In this document: positions 30,001 to 38,238 of the stretch, piece by piece | Position numbering within the stretch: position 1 is the stretch's first letter | How the letters are laid out: each line of letters begins with the position of its first letter | Source of the DNA: an uncultured bacterium | GTDB lineage: Bacteria; Hydrogenedentota; Hydrogenedentia; Hydrogenedentales; JAEUWI01 | NCBI GenBank assembly: GCA_963977445.1 | Contig: CAXBPH010000028.1 | Span: 1-39,447 of the forward strand | Reading direction: 5' to 3' | DNA length: 39,447 bases | Made by a program: the position numbers and the translations under genes | Notes under the pieces: model-generated | The model's input: the letters and a program-made list of their open reading frames with translations, nothing else | Databases searched by the model: none | Told to the model about the DNA's origin: nothing

Positions 30001-30719
30001 TCCATCTCATCGTTGTCCCGGCCCCGCTGGCTATCGAATCCCATGCCGATGCGTTTTTTCCCGGCTGGGATAGGTCTCAACCGGCCTTTCCTCCCCGGGG
30101 AGAATTTATCAATGGGTTGTGTGAAGCGGGCGTAGACGCCATCGACCTCTTGCCCGCCTTTGTGGCCCACCGCCTCGCGGAGCCCGAGGATGCCCTGTAT
30201 CTGAAGGAAGATGGGCACTGGAGCAGTCTCGCCATTGGCTTGGCCGCCGATGTCCTGTCGAAAAACATACGCGCCTTAGACCTCCCCCTGGATTTGGATC
30301 GGGTGGCCTATGGGGAGGTGCTGATTGACTACGAGGCGGGCCTTACGCCTATCGCCAGGCGTCTGCCCGAATCCCATTGGGCTCGCTATGAAAATACGGT
30401 CTGGCCTGTGTCCCAAGTGCTCCAGCAAGACGGCAACCCCTATGTGGACGACGAGCAGAGCCCCGTGTTGGTCGTTGGTGACAGTTATACCCTCCTGTTC
30501 AATGAAGTCTCTGGCCACCTGAGTGCGCGTCTTGCCCAGGCCCTCGGGCGACCGGTGGCGTCTCACCTTGCCAAGGCCGCGGGCCCAACGATCCCACGGG
30601 TACTGGCGCGTAAAGGTAAGGAATACATCGACGCCCGCAAGGTGATAATATGGGTCTTCAGTTCGGGCTATATACGACCGACGGGGAATGAGCAATGGGG
30701 AAATCTGGAACTACCGTGA
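27051..30719 (+). CDS. Fusion: multi-TM membrane domain + ankyrin repeats + AlgX/AlgJ-type SGNH O-acetyltransferase-like domain
   Basis: About 11-12 TM segments, ankyrin motifs (TPLHW, SPVHLAA, APLHLA, TPLHKA, TPLFYA, SALHWA), then GDDGFLF, DGHWS and VVGDSY. Start ATG 27051 (AGGA upstream) or 27036. Confidence 0.82.
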   Translation: MKRGDIAAPILFLVQAALALLHARRLVPDVPGLGDQYFNISVLPLSESLRSIRTLGYPLFHAIMERLGIGLEDYPQAQMLLLIGCCAIFAFGLRKYGLSSLSALAAASPLLWVVPTTLVMPETPAKCFAIAAIGFLLWSAGTRSPVALIGLAASLFLTYQMRPAFLFMLVFLPVCWCFLYVRRWGLIDPRRGIRQGLYTAGACVLPLFLFCLLRLILVGHFGLVSFGGQNTVGISVELLTEDSAKALPMEDRPLAMLLARARDGWPIERFITDRGYPDDWEGMATQYSANVNRIGRAVQAKFPPAGSSSDNVAQDKAFSRMSQRTFIAEWRRYRAWLVGAAIESCRVAADLSLGGRGGMGFGLSSIPSLAIGVGLIALLLLSGCMERRAFGEGSRPFSGHGTTIVLVLAGLFFFFKMLLVILVEPPIPRYVQAALFLVPSVASLLLWERCVILMAALCNRPYWYGQCLVAYPAVPDAHQPIAWRALAHAWRPRRPVAVTALVIVFIVALVGWWSTREDRFFKLFQTRPDVAREALIADADYNTWRDSQGASVLHYGALLDDEVLVNHLLNDPALGNITSDDEATPLHWVAMGKTNGNIVPSLITGGLSPDAPGPLGLSPVHLAALSGNASVLTALLDHGGNANATTPAQVAPLHLAQSVAIAAILMEHGAAVDVPDGSEATPFMWAHTQKLASFFLEQGADINAAENWRSFVRQCTPLHKAVYQKDFQRARWLLKEGADPNRGDINGFTPLFYALWRNDRIMIELLLDYDAHIDQPGRWLTYNRDDPTYRFTDIYGKTLGRHPRRNTFGKLVPDEAGLRPLDWVAFLGNQDLIRLLVDHGANLTLKNEEGMSALHWAILGFQGKAEKLLEGLANDPAIFDSATLPLAEFRTSVQAGRRTFNETVPTAKVDATLMDKAQRLADEYEAGAANILEGDDGFLFTRQACQFLLQKDLRYAEPGIATSGPSPAMASIVDIDHQLKARGIHLIVVPAPLAIESHADAFFPGWDRSQPAFPPRGEFINGLCEAGVDAIDLLPAFVAHRLAEPEDALYLKEDGHWSSLAIGLAADVLSKNIRALDLPLDLDRVAYGEVLIDYEAGLTPIARRLPESHWARYENTVWPVSQVLQQDGNPYVDDEQSPVLVVGDSYTLLFNEVSGHLSARLAQALGRPVASHLAKAAGPTIPRVLARKGKEYIDARKVIIWVFSSGYIRPTGNEQWGNLELP

Positions 30720-30788
30720 ATTGGCGCATAGCCCGATTCACGCTTCGGCGAGGTCGTTCCATCGGCGCATAAGGACAACAAGAGCGCG

Positions 30789-31706
30789 ATGGCAAGAACA
30801 GCTTTTTTTCAATGTGAAGAGGCAGAGCAGCATCTCACCGGTGCGGGACATCCCGAGGCACCGGCGCGCATGTTGGCAATACGTCATGCCATGGAGGCGG
30901 CGGGTATAAAACCGGCCATCCAGGTAAAAAAACAACCAGCGGGATTGGATGATCTGGCCCGGTGCCACACGCAGGACCATATCGGTCTGGTGCAGCGGTA
31001 TTGCACGAGCGGAGAGCCCTTTCCCGACCCCGACACCATCATGGGACCTGGCTCCTGGAACGCCGCGCTGTTGGGTGCTGGCGGGGCCATTGAGTGCGCG
31101 AAACTGGTACTTTCGGGAGAGTGCGACAATGCCTTCAGTGCCATGCGCCCCCCGGGACATCATGCGGAACGAAACAAGGTCATGGGTTTTTGTCTCTTTA
31201 ACAACGTGGCAATTGCCGCCAAATGGTTGCGCACGGAAGGGGGGGTGAAACGGGTTGCCATCCTGGATTGGGATGTTCACCACGGCAATGGCACCCAGGA
31301 CATCACCTACCAGGACGATTCCATTTTCTATTGCAGTCTCCATGAATACCCCCACTTTCCGGGTACGGGTCACCCTGCGCAGCATGGAAAAAACCATAGT
31401 AACTTGAATATCTGCATGACCGTTGATTGCGGTCCCGACGCCTGGCTGGCCGCCATTGAAGAAGATGTCTTACCGGCCTTCGAGAAATTTGACCCCGATT
31501 TTCTACTCATATCGGCGGGCTTCGACGCCCACCGCCTCGACCCACTGGCCAGCCAATTGCTGGAGTCGGAAACCTATAAAGAAATGACCCGCATGATTAA
31601 GGGAGTGGCCGACGGACGTATCGTTTCTGTGTTGGAAGGGGGGTACCACTTACAGGCCCTTGGCGAAAGTGTTGCCTACCACCTTCACGAGCTTCAACTG
31701 GACTAG
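30789..31706 (+). CDS. Histone deacetylase family (Zn-dependent amidohydrolase) protein
   Basis: GHPEAPAR, RPPGHHA, GFCLFNN, DWDVHHGNGTQ, SAGFDAH, LEGGY. Confidence 0.94.
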   Translation: MARTAFFQCEEAEQHLTGAGHPEAPARMLAIRHAMEAAGIKPAIQVKKQPAGLDDLARCHTQDHIGLVQRYCTSGEPFPDPDTIMGPGSWNAALLGAGGAIECAKLVLSGECDNAFSAMRPPGHHAERNKVMGFCLFNNVAIAAKWLRTEGGVKRVAILDWDVHHGNGTQDITYQDDSIFYCSLHEYPHFPGTGHPAQHGKNHSNLNICMTVDCGPDAWLAAIEEDVLPAFEKFDPDFLLISAGFDAHRLDPLASQLLESETYKEMTRMIKGVADGRIVSVLEGGYHLQALGESVAYHLHELQLD

Positions 31707-32629
31707 CTTCCTTTTTTACGCAACCGCGTTGCCATGCTGCGGAAGAAACGGAGCAGCCGCTGCCAAAATCCTGTGGGTCCTTCGGTAACCGACGGTGCGC
31801 TCGGCGCGAGCCCCGTTTGTTGGCCCCGGTTAAGCTGCTGGTAGACGGCCAGGAGCGTCGCACCCGCCTCACCCGCACTGCGGTAGCGCTGTTCCGGGTC
31901 GGGTGCCAACGTATGCTTTAGAAAGCTGAGGCACCCATCGGGCAAATCGGCCGCGAGGGATTCGATCGTAGCATCCCGGGCCGGAAGATCCCCGGTCATC
32001 ATCTCATAGAGCATGCGGCCCAGGGGGTAAATATCCGCCCGGTAGTCTGCCGTCGCCGCATTGCGCTCCTGCTCGGGCGAGTTATATTCCACGCGACCGA
32101 GGTTGGTGCCGATGAGGGTTAGCCCCTCGTCACATACATTTTTTCGGGCCAGTCCGAAATCAATAATCTTTACCGTACCATCTTTACACACCATGACATT
32201 TTCCGGGGCGATGTCACGGTGAATATAGCGCCGGTGCACATAATTCAGGCCTTTGGCCACGAGACACAGAATGTGCACAACGGAGCTGAAGTCCATGGGG
32301 TTTTTCAGATACATCCATTCGCGCAGGTTGTAGCCCTTGATGTATTCCATAGTGTAGTAGAGCATGCGGCCGTCTATACCGGCATCAATCAGGTCGACCA
32401 CATTGGGGTGGTCCAGCGTCCGCAGCACCTCAACCTCCCGAGCAAATCGCGCGACGATCCAGTCGTGGTCCCGGTGTTTGTCGTGAAGGAGCTTCAGGGC
32501 GACATCACGATGTTTGCGCTCGTCGTAGACCAGATAGACCGATCCCATGCCGCCATAGCCCAATGTCTTTTTGACGACATAGCGTTCCGAGATCCGCTGC
32601 CCCGTAAGATCAACTACCTTCATTGACAT
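31703..32629 (-). CDS. Hanks-type Ser/Thr protein kinase, soluble
   Basis: LGYGGMGSVY, VALK, HRDIAPEN, DFG, YNSPEQ, ADIY. Confidence 0.92.
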   Translation of the reverse strand: MSMKVVDLTGQRISERYVVKKTLGYGGMGSVYLVYDERKHRDVALKLLHDKHRDHDWIVARFAREVEVLRTLDHPNVVDLIDAGIDGRMLYYTMEYIKGYNLREWMYLKNPMDFSSVVHILCLVAKGLNYVHRRYIHRDIAPENVMVCKDGTVKIIDFGLARKNVCDEGLTLIGTNLGRVEYNSPEQERNAATADYRADIYPLGRMLYEMMTGDLPARDATIESLAADLPDGCLSFLKHTLAPDPEQRYRSAGEAGATLLAVYQQLNRGQQTGLAPSAPSVTEGPTGFWQRLLRFFRSMATRLRKKGS

Positions 32630-32801
32630 GGCTTGGGGTAGTTGCGATTGGGTAACGGGGTGTGCAAAGGTTTCTCCCGGTCTCGTTTAGTGTGTCAGGA
32701 CCCATTCATTAGGGATTATGGACGGTGTGCGTTGCAAGTTTTGCATAGGCAGGCCCCCGCGAAAGTCGTTTTTAGAACGCGATGTGAGGAACTTTTTGAT
32801 T

Positions 32802-33617
32802 ATGGCGAACCCGGATAAAGCCTACAATAATCTGGACTTTCTGAACTCTTCCGATGCGCGCCATATTCGTGTTCTTTGTGAGTTCGTTGAGCCCAAAAGT
32901 CGTTTTCGAAAATTGCGCGTAAAAGATACGATCGTTTTTTTCGGGTCGGCCCGCACCTTGCCTCCCGAGGAAGCAGAAAAACAGCGTCAGGCTGCTGAGA
33001 CCGAAGTCGAGCGATCAGGCCCATTGCCCGAACTTTGTGTGGCACTGGAACGGGCAGAGCGGGCTGTAAAACATGCCCGGTATTATGGGGATGCCCGTGA
33101 ACTTGCCGAACGCCTGACCCACTGGAGCAGCCAGCTCCCCAAATCGGGTCATCGATTCATGATTTGCTCTGGCGGTGGACCGGGCATTATGGAAGCGGCC
33201 AACCGGGGCGCCCACGGAGCCGGGGGGAAATCCGTTTCCCTCAATATCAGCCTGCCCTTTGAACAGGCGGGCAATCCCTACCAAACGCCAGAACTTGCCT
33301 TTGAGTTTCATTACTTTTTTGTACGGAAGTTCTGGTTCGTTTATCTCGCCAAAGGGTTTGTCGTTTTTCCGGGCGGCTTTGGAACAATGGATGAACTTTT
33401 CGAGGTCTTGACTCTGATTCAAACGAAAAAGTCGGCAAAACGCATGCCTATCGTGCTCTACGGCAAGGCGTACTGGGAAGAAGTAATCAATTTCCAGGCA
33501 CTCGTCGAATGGGGCACCATCAGCGCCGAAGACCTGGACCTGTTCCAGCTGTGCGATTCCGTCGATGAGGCCTTTACCTGTCTGACGGGGCAGTTGAGCG
33601 AACTCTATCTCGATTGA
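32802..33617 (+). CDS. LOG family (TIGR00730-like) nucleotide phosphoribohydrolase
   Basis: FFGSAR, GGGPGIMEAANRGA, FHYFFVRK, FPGGFGTMDE. Start MANPDKAY at 32802 preferred over 32718. Confidence 0.9.
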   Translation: MANPDKAYNNLDFLNSSDARHIRVLCEFVEPKSRFRKLRVKDTIVFFGSARTLPPEEAEKQRQAAETEVERSGPLPELCVALERAERAVKHARYYGDARELAERLTHWSSQLPKSGHRFMICSGGGPGIMEAANRGAHGAGGKSVSLNISLPFEQAGNPYQTPELAFEFHYFFVRKFWFVYLAKGFVVFPGGFGTMDELFEVLTLIQTKKSAKRMPIVLYGKAYWEEVINFQALVEWGTISAEDLDLFQLCDSVDEAFTCLTGQLSELYLD

Positions 33618-33640
33618 CGAAAGAACTGCATCGTGGGTGC

Positions 33641-33670
33641 CCTGGCAGCCTGTTACAACGCGCTGCCAGG
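33641..33670. terminator. Hairpin between the convergent LOG and pilin genes
   Basis: CCTGGCAGC / GCTGCCAGG inverted repeat. No clear U tract. Confidence 0.45.
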
Positions 33671-33680
33671 CATCTGACTC

Positions 33681-34115
33681 CTAATTACTTGAGACAATAG
33701 GACTGTCCGGTGATGGGTCTGCGCCAACGGCATATCGTATTGACCCGGTCGCATCTATTCGGAACCCGTGCCAGCCAGTCGCGTTATACTCGACGGGCGT
33801 CGCAAAGGCCACGAAATTCAGCGGATCGCCGCCAACGCGATACACATAACCATTTTTTGGCTCGATCCACGTTCCTCCCGTAAGGAAGGGCGGGTCTTCG
33901 TTGGTCAGGGCCGCCATATCGGTGGCATAGACATAGTACTGGGTGTTGTAGCTGTTTTGCGCATCCAGAATTACGCGAAGACTGGCTACTGCAGAGGCTT
34001 CATTGGCCTGAATGCGGGTACGAATATAGTTGGGCACGGCGATGGCCGCGAGGATAGCAATGATCTCTACGACGATCATTAATTCAATGAGTGTAAACCC
34101 CTTATTATTATTCAT
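33681..34115 (-). CDS. pilA: Type IVa pilin (PilA-like)
   Basis: Short leader MNNNKG/FTLIELMIVV with E5 and P22, then ANEASAVASLR..NGYVY. AAGGAG RBS and a sigma-54 promoter upstream. Confidence 0.85.
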   Translation of the reverse strand: MNNNKGFTLIELMIVVEIIAILAAIAVPNYIRTRIQANEASAVASLRVILDAQNSYNTQYYVYATDMAALTNEDPPFLTGGTWIEPKNGYVYRVGGDPLNFVAFATPVEYNATGWHGFRIDATGSIRYAVGADPSPDSPIVSSN

Positions 34116-34160
34116 GGCTTGGTCTCCTTATTCTGACAATCAAGCTGCACGAACAGATAG

Positions 34161-34176
34161 AGCAAGCGGCATGCCA
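34161..34176 (-). promoter_or_regulatory. Sigma-54 (-24/-12) promoter of the pilin gene
   Basis: Minus strand TGGCATGCCGCTTGCT = GG-N10-GC, near consensus, 45 nt upstream of the ATG. Confidence 0.82.
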
Positions 34177-34571
34177 CTGGCAGCCGCATCCCGTATGTTC
34201 TTCCACGTAAACCACTTATCACTTCGCACACGATAGATCTGGTGGTCGCAAGTCGACAAAAAATGTCACATTTCTTCGAAATGCGTAAGATTACCCATCA
34301 ATATACTAAAAGTAAAGTAAAATTTTCCATATGTCAATATATTATTGGCTCTATGCAACGATTTAGTCACCGATTGGATAGATTGTGTGAGCTATAATTC
34401 CCAAGAGTGCGGCGAATTACCCATCTCGATCGCCTCATCTCGGTACGATGGACGGCAACTGACCCAATCCGCCACGTTTTCAGAATAGTCATCAAGGAGC
34501 GCATCGGATAGTCGCAAAAGATGGGTAGACCCATCCGGCGTCCGACACGACAGAAAAGGAGTGTTTCTCAA

Positions 34572-35030
34572 TTGGCAAAACTGGACCTCAACCGACAAAC
34601 AGCACCAGAGTTTATCGCACGTCTGGAAAAGATCACCTCACCGTCTCAGCGAAAATGGGGCGTAATGGAACCCGAGAAGCTGCTGTGTCACCTTATGCGA
34701 CTCGTTGAAATCTCACTGGGGGAGAAAGAGGCCGAGAAAATTTTCCTTCCCATGCCGAGGTTTGTGCTCTGGATAATCTTTTTTAACTGGTTTACCAATT
34801 GGCCCCACGGCAAGCTTCACGCTCCCGATAGCTTTTTTCCGGAACCCGAGGAGGAGCTGGAGGTCTGTCGCAAAAACTGCATCGATGCTTTGGAACGCTT
34901 TGTGTCCCGCCTCGAGAGTCACCCCACACAGCAAGGGCTCAGTCCGCTCCTTGGCTCGATTCCGCTCACCAAGTGGGCGCGGGTCCATGGCGTCCACATG
35001 GATCATCACCTTCGTCAGTACGGCGTATGA
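34572..35030 (+). CDS. DinB-like / DUF1569 family protein
   Basis: RKWGVM..LCHL..SPLLGSIPLTKWARVHGVHMDHHLRQYGV. Probable TTG start at 34572 after AAGGAG; the ORF track starts at 34521. Confidence 0.8.
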   Translation: MAKLDLNRQTAPEFIARLEKITSPSQRKWGVMEPEKLLCHLMRLVEISLGEKEAEKIFLPMPRFVLWIIFFNWFTNWPHGKLHAPDSFFPEPEEELEVCRKNCIDALERFVSRLESHPTQQGLSPLLGSIPLTKWARVHGVHMDHHLRQYGV

Positions 35031-35224
35031 GCGATTCGGTTGGGCGAGACACGGAGCGGACAGTAAATTACTGACAAAATTGCACATCGCCGACAGCGAC
35101 CGCATAATTGGTACAAATTTGGACCCGTTTTCTTCCACCCACCCGACCTCCCAGGTGAACCAATCCTTTTTATACTAGCGTAAACAACTAATATACAACA
35201 ACTTACAAACCACAACAACAAACA

Positions 35225-35240
35225 TGGCACAGCTCTGGCT
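35225..35240 (+). promoter_or_regulatory. Candidate sigma-54 promoter
   Basis: TGGCACAGCTCTGGCT = GG-N10-GC with a perfect TGGCAC -24 element, preceded by an A/C-rich tract with an IHF-like site. Confidence 0.5.
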
Positions 35241-35301
35241 TTAAGTAATTTGTTGACAGTCTGAAATCGCAACATACAAATTACGATAGAAAGTTCTTAC
35301 C

Positions 35302-35496
35302 ATGAACCCAGCCGAGCTCACCACCATTCGCACCCAATCGCCTATTCGAGCGTGGTATCTCTCGACCTTTTGTGGCAAGAAAGTCTTCTCCAAAGTCTGC
35401 CAGCCCTCCATGTGTATCTGTGGAATTATCCTCTATCAACATAGCTGGGTATTGATTAACAGCGATCAGGGTACTGCCGTCTTGCATATCTTCTGA
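35302..35496 (+). CDS. Putative small protein (64 aa, 4 Cys)
   Basis: Lies between a sigma-54-like promoter and a strong hairpin, with AGAAAG 8 nt before the ATG. No family recognised. Confidence 0.4.
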   Translation: MNPAELTTIRTQSPIRAWYLSTFCGKKVFSKVCQPSMCICGIILYQHSWVLINSDQGTAVLHIF

Positions 35497-35560
35497 GTTC
35501 GTGTGTTCCGCACCAAGTTCACACGTTCTCATTATGGTCTGATTCAGACCATCCCCCCAC

Positions 35561-35603
35561 GGTGCGCAGTGCGAATCACACCATCGCACTGCGCGCCCCT
35601 TCC
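35561..35603 (+). terminator. Strong hairpin, probable terminator
   Basis: GGTGCGCAGTGCGA / TCGCACTGCGCGCC stem with a weak pyrimidine tail. Confidence 0.55.
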
Positions 35604-35682
35604 TCAATACCCATGACTTTTCACGACGGGACCAAGCCTGCTACTATCGGAGGCGTGTTTCCTACTGGAAAGTGACCCCATT

Positions 35683-36972
35683 GTGCGCCAAGATTGTGTA
35701 AACGAAACTACGGCACCGAAGTCAGCCGCCCCCGCTCCAATACCTGCGCGCACCCACTTCGTCTACCTGCCACCGGGCGACGATCCCTATTTGCTCCATT
35801 GCTGGTTGGGAGGACTCTCCGCCGCTGCTACCGTATGGCACTTGTCGGACGGTGAAAACGCCACGCCGGCCGTTGAATGCGCTCATCCCGGTTATCGCTT
35901 CGTGACGCTTACGCCTGGCGAAACCATGCCCCCAGCAATTCGGGAAGCACAGGCGGGGGGCGAGGAAAACATCCTGGTGGTGCCCCGTGCGCTGGATCAG
36001 GTGCCCATGCGGTATCGTGGCGGCACCCTGATGAGCGACCTGCCTCCCCACTACGAAATACTCCGACAGGCCTGGGTGTGGGGATTCCGGGGCGTGCGCT
36101 TTGTCGCCCATCATCAGGAAGCGTACATCGCCCTGCCCTTTGTGTTGGATCATTTTCACAACCTACACCGGGGCCAACGGTGCTTCGTCGTGGGGAACGG
36201 TCCGAGTCTCGGTCAGATCGATATGACCCGACTTCGGGATGAAATTACGCTGGGTTCCAACCGCTGTTTCCTGGGGTACCCCTCCTGGGGATTTCCTTTT
36301 ACCTATTGGGGCGTCTACGATAAGTTTCAGATTGAAACCTATCACGACGTCTACGAAGCACAGGTGCCCACCGACACGCCGAAATTTTATCCTGTGGAGT
36401 ATGCTCCCGTATTGAACTTCGCCCAGGGGTGTCCCGTAAATTGCGTGTGGCCCCGCGCATCGGCACGGGCGTTCTCTTCCGAGCCTGCCCAGACCTTTGT
36501 GGGGTACACCGTTACCTATATGCTGCTCCAGATTGCCGCCGCGATGGGTTGTGACCCCATCATCCTGGTTGGGGTCGATCATCGTTATACGCTGGACGGG
36601 CGGGGCTACAGCCGGGCGTTCCGGACCTTGCGCCGGGGAATCACCCGCCGCTTACGGGGTGGCCGTATCTACGAAACGGCGCTGGCGACCCACCGCACCT
36701 GGAAAAAGACCGGACGCCTGCAACCGGGCTCTCCCCAACTCTGGAGCACCCAAAACGCGTCGTCCCCCACCCACTTTTCGGCCCAGTATACCGACCAGGG
36801 GAAAAATCAGTTCCTGCCCCCTGAGCCAGAAGAGGCCGCCCGGGATTTTGATTGCGCCCAGGCGTGGGCACGTGAATCGGGGAGACAAATACTCAACGCC
36901 ACGCCAAACTCCGCCCTCAACAGCTTTCCCCGGGTGGATTTCGGTGACCTCTTCCTCAACGACGGAAAATAA
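35683..36972 (+). CDS. Maf / DUF115 (MptE-like) putative glycosyltransferase
   Basis: GQRCFVVGNGPSL, TLGSNRCF, VTYMLLQIAAAMGCDPIILVGVDH, ILNATPNSAL. Start uncertain. Confidence 0.75.
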   Translation: MRQDCVNETTAPKSAAPAPIPARTHFVYLPPGDDPYLLHCWLGGLSAAATVWHLSDGENATPAVECAHPGYRFVTLTPGETMPPAIREAQAGGEENILVVPRALDQVPMRYRGGTLMSDLPPHYEILRQAWVWGFRGVRFVAHHQEAYIALPFVLDHFHNLHRGQRCFVVGNGPSLGQIDMTRLRDEITLGSNRCFLGYPSWGFPFTYWGVYDKFQIETYHDVYEAQVPTDTPKFYPVEYAPVLNFAQGCPVNCVWPRASARAFSSEPAQTFVGYTVTYMLLQIAAAMGCDPIILVGVDHRYTLDGRGYSRAFRTLRRGITRRLRGGRIYETALATHRTWKKTGRLQPGSPQLWSTQNASSPTHFSAQYTDQGKNQFLPPEPEEAARDFDCAQAWARESGRQILNATPNSALNSFPRVDFGDLFLNDGK

Positions 36973-36984
36973 CGCGATACCCGA

Positions 36985-38238
36985 TCAGCTCATTCGCTGA
37001 ACAGCACCCTGATTGCAGCAGTCCCACCAGGGATCCATATTTTCAATGTATCCGAGGCCTTCGAGATAATTCGTGTCCGCGTCATTTCGTATGAAGCCCA
37101 GGGCGTCTTTTTCTTCGGCGAAGTAGTTGGCCACGTGCAACGCACACAAGGGGCTGAAATTGGGGTCCTCTTCCACATCATAGCCGGACTCAACAAGGCT
37201 GTAGTGGTCGATGGGACAGGCGGAGGGATATACGTGGTAGGCGATGGCTTCGACGACGGGATCGGGAAGGCCCCACAGTTCCAGGAGATAGCTTCCCACC
37301 TGCGCATGCGTAACGCCCATAATTTTCTGCTCTGCATCGATGAGGGTGAGGTGATTCTTCTGCGCGTATTCGATGGCGCTGGCAAACTCATCGGTGAGCT
37401 GGGTCGCGAGTATGAGTTGCCCCACTTCATGGAGGAGGCCGGCGGTAAAGGCGTGGTCGATAATTTTTTTCTCGTTGGTCTCCCTGGACGCTATGTTTCG
37501 CGCCCCTTCGCCTACCACGAGGCAATGCTGCCAGAGGGCATCGAGGCTGAAGCACTTGGGCAAGCGGGCCCCAACAGACAGGTCAAATACTTCGGCCATG
37601 AGGACGACGTTTTTGAGATTCTCCAGGCCCAGCATGGAACAGGCCTGAACCAGATTCGATACGGGATTTCGGACGCCCATGTAGGCAGAATTCACGATCT
37701 GAAGAATCTTCACGCTGAGGGCAGGGTCTTTCTCGATAAGCGCGCCGACCCGACCGACCGACGCATCTTCCAGGACCATTTCCTGCAGGATCTGTTCATA
37801 AAGAATAGGCAGGGCCGGGAGTTTTCCCATGCGGTGAATCAGCGATTGCAGCGTACCCGTCGTGAATTGGTCGCGTAGCGCAAAGGCTCGGGAAACTGCT
37901 CCGTAGAGCTGCTGTGGTTCGCAGGGCTTACCGAGCACCTGATGGGCTACGTTGGACACTTTCAGCATCAGATGGGCGTCGGTGCTCCCCGAAAGTACGA
38001 AGCGGACCGTATTCGGATATTCATCCCGTACGCGAAGCAAGAAATCAGCACCGCTCATACCGTCCATATTGAGATCGGTCACCACGACGTCAAAGTCCGG
38101 GAATTTCTCCATCACGGCCAGGGCATCTTCACCCGATTGGCAAAAGCTCATGCTCCAATCGCGGGCCGTAAATCGCAGCATGCGCTTGAGGCCATTGAGC
38201 ACGTTTATTTCGTCATCAACGAAAAGAATGCGTTTCAT
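36985..38238 (-). CDS. Response regulator with HDOD domain
   Basis: MKRILFVDDE REC domain, LPALP, DPALSVKILQIVNSAY, AGLLHEVG, THAQVGSYLLELWGLP. Start 38238 preferred over 38262. Confidence 0.88.
   Translation of the reverse strand: MKRILFVDDEINVLNGLKRMLRFTARDWSMSFCQSGEDALAVMEKFPDFDVVVTDLNMDGMSGADFLLRVRDEYPNTVRFVLSGSTDAHLMLKVSNVAHQVLGKPCEPQQLYGAVSRAFALRDQFTTGTLQSLIHRMGKLPALPILYEQILQEMVLEDASVGRVGALIEKDPALSVKILQIVNSAYMGVRNPVSNLVQACSMLGLENLKNVVLMAEVFDLSVGARLPKCFSLDALWQHCLVVGEGARNIASRETNEKKIIDHAFTAGLLHEVGQLILATQLTDEFASAIEYAQKNHLTLIDAEQKIMGVTHAQVGSYLLELWGLPDPVVEAIAYHVYPSACPIDHYSLVESGYDVEEDPNFSPLCALHVANYFAEEKDALGFIRNDADTNYLEGLGYIENMDPWWDCCNQGAVQRMS

Noticed and set aside
34392..34598. 68-aa minus-strand ORF upstream of the pilin
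   Set aside because: Overlaps the start of the DinB-like gene, with no recognisable features.
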